The notes below the pieces were generated by a model. The model was not told the DNA's origin, ran no database searches, and saw nothing but the letters and a program-made list of their open reading frames with translations. Positions 52,849-64,000 of a stretch of 64,000 nt of DNA are shown here, one piece after another. This DNA comes from Octopus vulgaris. Its lineage: Eukaryota. Positions within the stretch are counted from its first letter, which is position 1. Every line of letters starts with the position of its first letter. Location of the stretch: assembly GCA_951406725.2 (NCBI GenBank), contig OX597838.1, forward strand, positions 35,650,001 through 35,714,000. The letters are read 5' to 3'. The position numbers and the translations under genes were made by a program.

Positions 52849-53082
52849 TATTTCTTTATTGCCCACAAGGGGCTAAACACAGAGGGGACAAACAAGGACA
52901 AACATAGGTATTAAGTCGATTACATCGACTCCAGTGCGTAAGTGGTACTTAATTTATCGACCCCCGAAAGGATGAAAGGCAAAGTCGACCTCGGCGGAAT
53001 TTGAACTCACAATGTAACGCAGACGAAATACCGCTAAGCATTTCGCCCGGTGTGCTAACGTTTCTGCCAGCTCGCCGCCTTT
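52849..53082 (-). mobile_element. SINE-C with 18-bp TSD
   Basis: TTCCTGTATTTATATACT at 52831-52848 and 53083-53100. Confidence 0.92.
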
Positions 53083-53399
53083 TTCCTGTATTTATATACT
53101 ATATACAAGTCTTCTCTCTGCTTGTTATTGTTGTGTACCAGAGCTCATGGTGACATTAACGTTTTGTCTGATATTCCATGCATGGCAATCTCACCTCATT
53201 TTGTATATCTCAGATTATATAGGTAAGTGTATCCATTTTTGCTTTTAAAAATTATCAGGTATGTTCTGAGCAAAATTAGCTGGTATTCCAAAAAGATCTA
53301 TACAATTACAGAAACCTCTCCTTTGCAGTGGTTGTGATGTGATAGTGGTAGTATGGAGGTGTGAGAGGTAGAGTGCAGGTTAGTGTGAAGGATTGTACA

Positions 53400-53442
<43 letters not shown>

Positions 53443-53455
53443 TCTTTTTTTTTTT

Positions 53456-53659
53456 TTTACTTGTTTCAGTCATTTGACTGCGGCCATGCTGGAGCACCAC
53501 CTTTAGTCGAGGAAATCGACCCCGGGACTTATTCTTTGTAGGCCCAGTACTTATTCTATCGGTCTCTTTTTGCCGAACCGCTAAGTGACGGGGACGTAAA
53601 CACACCAGCATCGGTTGTCAAGCGATGGTGGGGGGACAAACACAGACACACAAACATAT

Positions 53660-53720
<61 letters not shown>

Positions 53721-53883
53721 TACGATAGGCTTCTTTCAGTTTCCATCTACCAAATCCACTCAGAAGGCATTGGTCAGCCCGGGGCTATAGCAGAAAACAC
53801 TTGCCCAAGATGCCATGCAGTGGGACTGAACCCGGAACCATGTGGTTGATAAGCAAGCTACTTACCACACAGCCACTCCTGCA

Positions 53884-53885
<2 letters not shown>
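53456..53885 (-). mobile_element. SINE-A full-length
   Basis: Reverse complement consensus match. Confidence 0.92.
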
Positions 53886-53916
<31 letters not shown>

Positions 53917-54882
53917 TTCAGTTATTGGACTGTGGCCATACTAGGGCACCAATTTGAAGGGTTTGATCCTAGTAATTTTGATAAATAAGGCTGTATTCTG
54001 AGTTCTAACACAACATCCAAGTTAGAGATTACGATCGTCTTCCCCACCATGGAGGCAATGTGATTGAGCTCCTTTCAAGTGTTGGGCCTTATGGAGGCAA
54101 TGATCGAAACCCTTGGTACTATGTTGTGTTTGAGAAGAAACCCCATCAAGCCAAATGAAATTGCAGAGCCCCTGACTTGTCTGTTCGTATCAAACCATCC
54201 AACCCATGCCAGCATGGAAAAATTGATGTTAAATGATGATAATGATACGCACACACACACACACAATATGCCTCTTTCAGTTTCTGCTTACCAAATCTAC
54301 TCACAAGGCTTTGATCGGCCTGGGGCTATAATAGAAGATGCCTCATTGTGGAACTGAAACTGAAGCAGTGATTGCCAAATGCGCTTTCAGACCACACAGC
54401 CACACACACACACACATATACACATACACACACATGCAGATCAACATACATACATACATATATATGTATAGCAACAGAAGTGGTTGCAGTGTTAATGTTT
54501 GCCTGTGTTTGTGTGTGTGTGTTGTCTTTCTAAATCTTAGATTATAATTTATTGCTTCTATTTATCCGCAAAAAAAAAAAAAACCCGAAATAGTTTTGGA
54601 TAAAATAAAATAAAAATATATTATTTATCATTATTATTCTTATTATAAATTAGGAAATCATAATTTTGATTTTTTTTTTTTTTCAAATTTTTACCAATTT
54701 TTTTTTTTTTCAAATTTCCAAATTTCTTTTGACAGATTTTCTTTTTTGCTTTTTCTGTTTTAATTTTTTTCATTACATTTCTCAAAATTTTTCGCAAAGT
54801 TTTTTCCTCCAAAATTCTTTTATCTTTTAATATCATTAATTCATATATTTCTGTCATTATTATTATTATCATCATCATCATT

Positions 54883-54930
<48 letters not shown>

Positions 54931-55958
54931 GCTATTATTATTATTATTATTATTACCTAAACTCTGTATTTAGTATTATATTTGTGGTATTACATGGTGG
55001 TTTGTGGCATAACAATTCTAAAAATATGACTGAATTAGGGTTTTTGTTTTTTTCTTGGCAAGGTGAGGAGGGGAGTGCATTCGTTTGGTAGCAGTGGTGG
55101 TCGTGGTGAGAGTGCATATGTGTATGCAGAGCAGTATTTTTATATTTCATTTTATTTGCTTTCACTTTATTTATTTATTTTTTTTTAATTCTTTTTTTTT
55201 TATTTGGAGTGGGGTGGGCTGTGGGGGGTTGAAATCTTTCTTGTATACTAAGCTTCATTGATGCAAGATAATTTGTGATTTTGACTGGTTTATTGCTTGT
55301 CAAACATTGCCAATTTTCTCAGTTTGGTGTTTCTTGCGTTGTTTTTCTCATCATCATCATCATCACCATCATCACCATCATCATTATTATTTGTAGTAGT
55401 TGTTGTGAGGCAGTTGTTGTTTCCAGCCTCCTCCTCCTTTTGCTGCTTTATAGACAGCTTTTATTAGTATTGCTGTCGGTGGTTTTTTCTTTTTCTCAAT
55501 TTTTATGTCATGTAGGTTTTATTTTTTATTTTGTTCTAGGTTGGTAGATTTAAAAAAAAAAAAATTTTTTTGTATTTTTAAGGTATATGTGGTGGTAGTG
55601 GTGGTGGTGGTGGTGGTGGTGGTGGTGGATATGGTTTGTAGTGTAGCAGAATGGAGAATGGATGGAGGAGGGAACAATGTTTGTACAGTATGGTGGCTAT
55701 ATTATTTTAAATAACTGTTCCTGAAAGATAAAGAAGGCAAAAAAATAAAATAAAATAATAATAATGAAAGTGTGAATAAATAAATATAATAAAAATGTAA
55801 AAAAAATAATCCCCCCCCAAAAAAATAACCCCCCCCCCAAATCCCCCCAAAATACAAAACGAGCCAAGTAATGAAGGTATTTGGTTTAAATAATTATATT
55901 AGTTTTGTTTGATTAACTCTGGGAAAACTAAGGAAATAAATAAATGAAAGAGGGAAGC

Positions 55959-55962
55959 AATG

Positions 55963-56005
<43 letters not shown>

Positions 56006-56010
56006 TAATA

Positions 56011-56043
<33 letters not shown>

Positions 56044-56072
56044 TCATAATAATAATAATAATAATAATGATC

Positions 56073-56103
<31 letters not shown>

Positions 56104-56165
56104 TCATCATAATAATAATAATGGTAATCATAATAATAATAATAATGGTAATGATAATAATAATG

Positions 56166-56199
<34 letters not shown>

Positions 56200-56201
56200 T
56201 C

Positions 56202-56238
<37 letters not shown>

Positions 56239-56333
56239 TCATAATAATAATAATGGTAATCATAATAATAATAATAATGGTAATGATAATAATAATGATA
56301 ATAATAATAATAATGGTAATGATAATAATAATG

Positions 56334-56367
<34 letters not shown>

Positions 56368-56396
56368 TCATAATAATAATAATAATAATGGTAATC

Positions 56397-56489
<93 letters not shown>

Positions 56490-56573
56490 GTAATGATAAT
56501 AATAATGATAATAATAATAATAATAATAATGGTAATGATAATAATAATGATAATAATAATAATCATAATAATA

Positions 56574-56605
<32 letters not shown>

Positions 56606-56672
56606 GTTAATAATATGATAATAATGATAATAATAATAATAATAATGGTAATAATAATATTAATAAAATAAT
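55959..56672. repeat. Interrupted (AAT)n trinucleotide array, ~700 bp
   Basis: Visible; recurrent GAT/CAT/GGT interruptions. Confidence 0.95.
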
Positions 56673-57122
56673 AGGTAGCCAAAAGGAAGATGGAAAGCAA
56701 ACACAAAGGTGTGAAATAATTTATTATTATTATTATACCTTGCTGCTTTACAAATTGTGTATAAGTTATTTTATATCAAAAGTTCGATGACTGGTTACAC
56801 ATTAGAACTGTAACTAAATCTAAAATGATAGCACACACCCTGCTACATTATGCTTGACCATACCACACCACACACTACATTGCACTGCAACAAACAACTG
56901 TACACTACACTGCATCACACATGCCATCATCATAATATTACACTGCTACATCACACCACGGTGCACCATGTGCTGCACTAGAATTCACATTGTCGTTGTT
57001 ACACCCGACTGCTCTCTGCTGTATTGTGATGAATTATACCACATTGTGTTGCAACAAATCACACATCAGATCTAACTGCAATGAGCTGCACATCAAATTA
57101 CTTCACAGTTTTCCACCACACT

Positions 57123-57347
57123 GCGGCGAGCTGGCAGAAACATTAGCGCGCCGGGCGAAATGCGTAGCCGTATTTCGTCTGCCGTTACGTTCTGAGCTCA
57201 AATTCCGCCGAGGTCGACTTTGCCTTTCATCCTTTCGGGGTCGATTAAATAAGTACCAGTTATGCACTGGGGTCGATATAATCCGTTTGTCTGTTCTTGT
57301 TTGTCCTCTCTGTGTTTAGCCCCTTGTGGGTAGTAAAGAAATAGGTA
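57123..57347 (+). mobile_element. SINE-C full-length
   Basis: Consensus match with 45500-45735. Confidence 0.88.
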
Positions 57348-57511
57348 TGCACTCCACCACTCCATGTGACATCACACTGCTCTAACCCTTCAGCATTTAA
57401 ACCGGCCATATCCAACCCAAATATTCTATCTGTTTTATGTTCAAACTGGTCAGATCTGGCCCCTCTTAGCTCCCCTATAATATTATTCTAGAAACATACA
57501 ATCACATCATT

Positions 57512-57790
57512 ATGTAGTTTGCTCACTCACTCGATGGAGAAGGGATCAGGCCATTGCTGAGTGGTGATTCATTATCTGGTGCGAAGCACACGGTGCATGT
57601 TGAGCACTTTTGCGGGCACGGATGCAGGACACTTAGTCGAGAACAGTGTTGGTCGGGGTGTTTGACTGGGGTGGTATGTCTGTCAAACAGTAACACAGGC
57701 GTCCTGAGCTCAGTACGGACTGAAACCCTATGTTGAGTAAAAGGGCAAAAGCTTGCTCAATCTTGATTTCCAGTATGAATACAGACCGTG
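57512..57790 (+). pseudogene. Degenerate 28S rRNA fragment (expansion segment through the P-loop region)
   Basis: GGGGTGTTTGACTGGGGTGGTA..CTGTCAAACAGTAACACAGG..GAGCTCAG..AAGGGCAAAAGCTTGCTCAATCTTGATTTCCAGTATGAATACAGACCGTG aligns by eye to the conserved eukaryotic LSU GGGGAGTTTGACTGGGGCGGTACACCTGTCAAAC...GAATACAGACCGTG. Confidence 0.9.
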
Positions 57791-57953
57791 TTGTCCACTC
57801 TGCTGAGAGGTTGGTGTTATGAAGGGCATCCAGCTGTAAAAATCCTGCCAGTACAATCAAAGAAGTCTGGTGCAGGCTTTGGCCTGGCTGGCTCTTGTGG
57901 TAACGTCCCACCCATGCTAGCATGGAACATGGACATTAAATGATGATGATCAT
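57791..57953 (+). mobile_element. Family E (RTE) 3' tail fused to the 28S fragment
   Basis: GAAGGGCATCCAGCTGTAAAA...CCCATGCTAGCATGGAA...GGACATTAAATGATGATGAT. Confidence 0.8.
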
Positions 57954-58935
57954 CATCATTGAAATATCAAAGGTATGAGACAATGCATGATTAATTCAAA
58001 ACAATGTGAATAAATAAGCATTTCATTTGGCAGAATAATCTGAACGCTAAAGGGCTAAACTACACCACTCAACACAACACTACACCACACTAGGCCATAC
58101 TGTATTATGTACTGCATGAAACCACATGTTATTGCTGTGTACTACATGACATTACATCACACCACATATGACTACCTCACAACACTGAACCAAACCGTAA
58201 CGCATCGCAGTTCATTATATACCACAGTACTCCACATGATATTACACCATCCTATACTACTATTCTCTGGACTGCACCAATACCACACTGGTGTTTACCA
58301 CTCTAGAGCACACCACACCTCACAACATGACACCATCCCACAGATTGTGGCACTTAGACCACATCCCATGAAAGATGATTAAGGGGGCAGAAGATGGTGT
58401 TAAACTGGTGGTGGATTGGCCATTCAGCTATCCATCAATCCCTCCATCCCTCCAACAGTGTACGCATCCATCCATCCATCTAATTATCCATTTATCTCTC
58501 CATCCACCCAAGGATACATGCATTTATCCATTCGTCCACCCACCCATTCAGTATCCATCCATCAAACTATCCTAATATCCATCCATCCATCCATTTCCTA
58601 TCCATCTATCAATTCATCCATCAGGCTCTTCAAACATCTATCCATTCGACCATGCATGCATGCATCCATCTTTCAAACCATCCAATGGTTTTTCTAACCA
58701 TCCATCCCACCAACCAGCCAGCCAACCAACCCTATAACACAAGGACATAAATTTCATTGGAAGGATAGCTGCAGACTTCCAATCGACCGATCGATTCTAT
58801 CATCCTTCCTTCCTTCCTTCCTTCCTTCCTTCCTTCCATTGAAATTTATGTGTCCTTGTGTTGTCTCTTGCCTCAACTCAGTTACAATCGATCCCCTTCG
58901 ATGGTGGGTGGAGCAAATAAAAATAGGATAGAAAA

Positions 58936-59096
58936 CAGGAGTGGCTGTGTGGTAAGTAGCTTGCTAACCAGCCACATGGTTCCGGGTTCAATCCCACTGC
59001 GTGGCATCTTGGGCAAGTGTCTTCTGCTATAGCCCCGGGCCGACCAATGCCTTGTGAGTGGATTTGGTAGACGGAAACTGAAAGAAGCCTGTCGTA

Positions 59097-59153
<57 letters not shown>

Positions 59154-59376
59154 GTTTGTGTGTCTGTGTTTGTTCCCCTAGCATTGCTTGACAACCGATG
59201 CTGGTGTGTTTATGTCCCCGTCACTTAGCGGTTCGGCAAAAAGAGACCGATAGAATAAGTACTGGGCTTACAAAAAGAATAAGTCCCGGGGTTGAGTTGC
59301 TCGACTAAAGGCGGTGCTCCAGCATGGCCGCAGTCAAAAGACTGAAACAAGTAAAAGAGTAAAAAGAGTAAAGAGT
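58936..59376 (+). mobile_element. SINE-A full-length
   Basis: Consensus match. Confidence 0.92.
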
Positions 59377-59697
59377 GCAGGGTTTGAATTTGGATGGGAT
59401 ATTGAAGCTGTAAAGTAGACGACACAAAAGCACGGGGTTCCCTTCTGCATGGTTTATATAAACAACCAGCCGGCCGGCCGGCCAACCGACCATCATGAAA
59501 TCAAAACAGAATTCAAATAATTTGTTTGAAAGTGAGTAAACAAGTTGTTTACATGTCCATATAAGGGCAGTTGAGTATATGTGCCTCAGTTACTCTTTCT
59601 CCCCCCGTTGTCTTTCCCTCTATATCTCTTTTACCACCCCCCTACATTTCTCTCTCTCTCTTTGTATGGCACTCTCTTTCTGTCTCTTTCGCTTACT

Positions 59698-59739
<42 letters not shown>

Positions 59740-59958
59740 GTCTTGCATTTATTCACTCTTCCTGTCTCTCTTCCTTTCCTTTTCTTCAGTTTACATAGAC
59801 TGATAGTTCTTTGAGCTCCTCATAGTCTCTTGTCTCTTTGAATAAATACATACATACATATATATATATACACACACAGACACACACATACATACACACA
59901 CACATATATATATACATGGACATATATATATTTATGTGTATTTACTTTTGCAGGTTTG

Positions 59959-60011
<53 letters not shown>

Positions 60012-60300
60012 TCAGACACACAAATAGACATACATGCATATGTAAACAAACGACAAAAAAACCTCAACAACAAAAACCCCAAAATAAACAAGAACGTTTC
60101 ATGCCCCCTCTTTCGATAAAAAATAAATAAAGAAAAAAAGCACCAGAAACCTCTTCCTTCCCAGCAAAATCCCTTCACAAATACAAAAATGAGGAAAAAA
60201 AGAAAATGGTAGAACAAAAATTCCATTGCTAAACAGTTAACTTTTATTTTGGAACCATGTAAATATATTTACCTATTCCAACAGTAAGATAGTGGTAGTT

Positions 60301-60304
<4 letters not shown>

Positions 60305-60331
<27 letters not shown>

Positions 60332-60363
60332 AAGTAGGAGTAGTAGTAGTAGTAGGAGTAGTA

Positions 60364-60415
<52 letters not shown>

Positions 60416-60427
60416 GAGTAGTAGTAG

Positions 60428-60460
<33 letters not shown>

Positions 60461-60495
60461 GAGTAGTAGTAGTAGTAGTAGTATTAATAGTAGTA
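60305..60495. repeat. (GTA)n microsatellite
   Basis: Visible. Confidence 0.92.
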
Positions 60496-60651
60496 CCTCC
60501 ACCCCCACGTCACTGCTCCACCTCCCACACCTGAATGGTGATGTTGTTATGGAATTGGTTTAAACATTTTCATCTTGATTCAGTGGCAGAGTTATTGAAA
60601 TAACCTGTAATAAAAAAACAATGCCAGCATCACAACCACCATGGGGACACC

Positions 60652-62165
60652 ACTACCACTACCTACATCATACCACAACCATCAACACCACCACCACCAC
60701 CACCACCATCCACCACCACCACCATCATCATGATGTTACCACCTACATCATACCACAACCATCAACACCACCACCACCACCACCATGATGCTACCACCTA
60801 CATCACACCACTGCCACCACTACAACCACCATCCACCACCATCACCACCATGATGTTACCACCTACATCATACCACAACCATCAACAACACCACCACCAT
60901 CATGATGTTACCACCTACATCATACCACAACCATCAACAACACCACCACCACCATCATCATGATGTTACCACCTACATCATACCACAACCATCAACAACA
61001 CCACCACCACCACCATCATGATGTTACCACCTACATCATACCACAACCATCAACAACACCACCACCACCACCACCACCACCATCATGATGTTACCACCTA
61101 CATCATACCACAACCATCAACACCACCACCACCACCACCACCACCACCATCATCATGATGTTACCACCTACATCATACCACAACCATCAACAACACCACC
61201 ACCACCACCATCATCATCATGATGTTACCACCTACATCATACCACAACCAACAACAACACCACCACCACCATCATCATGATGTTACCACCTACATCATAC
61301 CACAACCATCAACAACACCACCACCACCACCACCATCATGATGTTACCACCTACATCATACCACAACCATCAACAACACCACCACCACCACCACCATCAT
61401 CATGATGTTACCACCTACATCATACCACAACCATCAACAACACCATCACCACCACCATCATGATGTTACCACCTACATCATACCACAACCATCAACAACA
61501 CCACCACCACCACCACCACCACCACCACCATCATGATGTTACCACCTACATCATACCACAACCATCAACAACACCACCACCATCATGATGTTACCACCTA
61601 CATCATACCACAACCATCAACAACACCACCACCACCACCACCACACCATCATGATGTTACCACCTACATCATACCACAACCATCAACAACACCACCACCA
61701 CCACCACCATCATCATGATGTTACCACCTACATCATACCACAACCATCAACACCACCACCACCACCACCATCATCATGATGTTACCACCTACATCATACC
61801 ACAACCATCAACAACACCACCACTACCACCACAACCATCATGATGTTACCACCTACATCATACCACAACCATCAACACCACCACCACCACCACCATCATC
61901 ATGATGTTACCACCTACATCATACCACAACCATCAACAACACCACCACTATCACCACAACCATCATGATGTTACCACCTACATCATACCACAACCATCAA
62001 CAACACCACCACCACCACCACCATCATGATGTTACCACCTACATCACACCACTGCCACCATGAAATGACCACCTATATCAAGCTGCCACCACTGCAACCA
62101 CCATCCACCACCACCACCACCATCACCATGATATTACCACCTACATCACACCACTACTACTACCA
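60652..62165. repeat. Compound minisatellite: constant core ATGATGTTACCACCTACATCATACCACAACCATCAACA plus variable (CCA)n(TCA)n linker, about 23 units
   Basis: Visible array with unit length varying roughly 52-73 bp. Confidence 0.95.
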
Positions 62166-62486
62166 CCATCACTAACTCCATGGCTCCTCATCCCCATCAT
62201 CACAGCCACCACCACCACTACCACCACTACCACTATAGCCAATACCACTACCACTGTAGCTAACATCACTACCACCACCATCACCTGGGACCTTAGCAGA
62301 AGAAATTTGCCCAAGGTGTCAATAGGACTGAACCTAGAACCATCTGGTTGGGAAGCAAACTTCTTACCACACAGCCACGCCTGTGCCTCAGAATGCTGCA
62401 AAAAGCAGAAGTTTTAATATATATTCCCTCAAATCCAGCAAAGTGCATGAGAAACTGGTGGATCATGCAGTTAACATCCTGCTTAA

Positions 62487-62772
62487 CTATTAACATTCAA
62501 ACTGGCCATTTCTGGCCCAAATATACTTCTGGTTTTATGTTCTAGCCAGCCAGATCCAGCCCATTACACCTACTCTTCAATGCCATTATAAAATATACAA
62601 TGGTGCAGGAGTGGCTGTGTGGTAAGTAGCTTGCTAACCAACCACATGGTTCCAGGTTCAGTCCCACTGCGTGGCATCTTGGGCAAGTGTCTTCTGCTAT
62701 AGCCCCGGGCCGACCAATGCCCTGTGAGTGGATTTGGTAGATGGAAACTGAAAGAAGCCTGTCGTATATATG

Positions 62773-62804
<32 letters not shown>

Positions 62805-63220
62805 GTATATATATATAATTTTAATCCAAACGGGAAAACAAAAAAACAACAACAGTGGAACAATTACAGTATTATTATTAATAGGCGCTCAGGAAATATG
62901 GAAGCAGTGTCTGTGTTTGTCCCCCTAGCATTGCTTGACAACCGATGCTGGTGTGTTTACGTCCCCGTCACTTAGCGGTTCGGCAAAAGAGACCGATAGA
63001 ATAAGTGCTGGGCTTCCAAAGAATAAGTCCCGGGGTCGATTTGCTCGACTAAAGGCGGTGCTCCAGCATGGCCGCAGTTAAATGACTGAAACAAGTAGAA
63101 GAGTAAAAGAGTAAAAGAATGACATCATCGAAATTTTGGAGCTATAAATTAATGATTAATTGAAAAGAAAGTGCGTGTAAAAAGCATTACCTTCGATAGA
63201 ATAATCTGAATTCTAAAAGG
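62487..63220 (+). mobile_element. MITE family H (degenerate) split by SINE-A
   Basis: TTAA|CTATTAACATTCAAACTGGCC... to 62600; resumes 63119 GACATCATCGAAAT...TCTAAAAGG|TTAA. Confidence 0.65.
62602..63118 (+). mobile_element. SINE-A with a G-like fragment (62819-62906, minus strand) in its central microsatellite
   Basis: Consensus halves flank TTAATCCAAAC...TATTATT...GGCGCTCAGGAA, the reverse complement of the family G 3' end. Confidence 0.88.
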
Positions 63221-63409
63221 TTAAACAGTTGTAGGTTTACATTGTCACGAGAAGCAGGAGCAGGGAGAGTGAGTTCCAGAGGGATGAGCAAGGACTTGGG
63301 TTGGTGGTTTGCGCAGTGATGGATGCAATATAAGTAATGAAATGAAGAGGTGAGTGTATTTGGCCAGTTATTCAACTCCGAGTAGCAGAGGTTGTTATAA
63401 TAGCAATGA

Positions 63410-63790
63410 GGAGGCGCAATGGCCCTGTGGTTAGGGCAGCGGACTCGCGGTCATAGGATCGCGGTTTCGATTCCCAGTCCGGGCGTTGTGAGTGTTTATT
63501 GAGCGAAAACACCTAAAGCTCCACAGGGCTCCGGCAGGGGATGGTGGTGATCCCTGCTGTACTCTTTCACCACAACTTTCTCTCACTCTTACTTCCTGTT
63601 TCTGTTGTACCTGTATTTCAAAGGGCCGGCCTTGTCACTCTCTGTGTCACGCTGAATATCCCCGAGAACTACGTTAAGGGTACACGTGTCTGTGGAGTGC
63701 TCAGCCACTTACGCGTTAATTTCACGAGCAGGCTGTTCCGTTGATTCAGATCAACTGGAACCCTCATCGTCGTAACCGACGGAGTGCTTC
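63410..63790 (+). mobile_element. tRNA-derived SINE, B head plus B tail
   Basis: A box TGGCCCTGTGG, B box GTTTCGATTCC; tail shared with the element at 4600-5045. Confidence 0.85.
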
Positions 63791-64000
63791 CATATATCCA
63801 TGTATAATAGCAATAGAACAGGCGAAGAGAAGACAGCATGTCTGTAGACCAGAAATTAGAGCATGCTTCTGAATAACAATCAGTTGAATGGCCTTTGTTA
63901 ACAAGATTAGAAGTTTTCGCATTATTAATCTCATTGTTGAACAATTTTAAAAAATTATTTACTGGCTTCGCTAGGCACAGGCATGGCTGTGTGATTAAAT

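Larger units (their letters stand above)
57386..58054 (+). mobile_element. MITE family H with CTAA target duplication, hosting the 28S-RTE chimera
   Basis: CTAA|CCCTTCAGCATTT ... GAACGCTAAAGGG|CTAA. Confidence 0.78.

Noticed and set aside
57512-57790. Functional rRNA gene
   Set aside because: Only ~280 bp, with substitutions and a deletion in conserved positions, fused to a LINE tail.
60652-62165. CRISPR-like constant repeat with variable spacers
   Set aside because: Spacers are only (CCA)n/(TCA)n length variants; eukaryotic context; no cas genes.
63410-63485. tRNA genes at SINE heads (also 42733, 591, 39183)
   Set aside because: A/B boxes are present but there is no complete acceptor stem, and each continues into a SINE body.

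Overview
AT-rich, microsatellite-saturated animal genomic DNA. The SINE families and (TA)n/(CA)n load point to Octopus (recognition from memory, not a database search). No protein-coding gene can be called with confidence; nearly all entries in the ORF track are dinucleotide/trinucleotide-repeat or transposon artefacts. The window looks intronic or intergenic and is a layered transposon landscape. It holds about 20 copies or fragments of one tRNA/CORE-like SINE (here SINE-A), three other tRNA-headed SINE types, RTE and CR1-type LINE 3' ends, decayed mariner, Helitron and hAT(Buster/Charlie-type) relics, and two piggyBac-type TTAA MITE families, with many nested insertions and readable target-site duplications. 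Three signals stand out. (1) Dispersed repeats carry minimal type-I hammerhead ribozyme motifs of the Penelope-like-element type, including a well-formed G3-C8 core-swap variant at 34623-34671. (2) A chimeric retro-insertion at 57512-57953 joins a ~280-bp 28S rRNA fragment to an RTE-LINE 3' tail with a TSD (SINE28-like). (3) A composite double-MITE at 43.8-44.3 kb and a nested ~460-bp palindrome at 6.7-7.2 kb. Family names SINE-A/B/C/D, E, F, G, H and I are my working labels.
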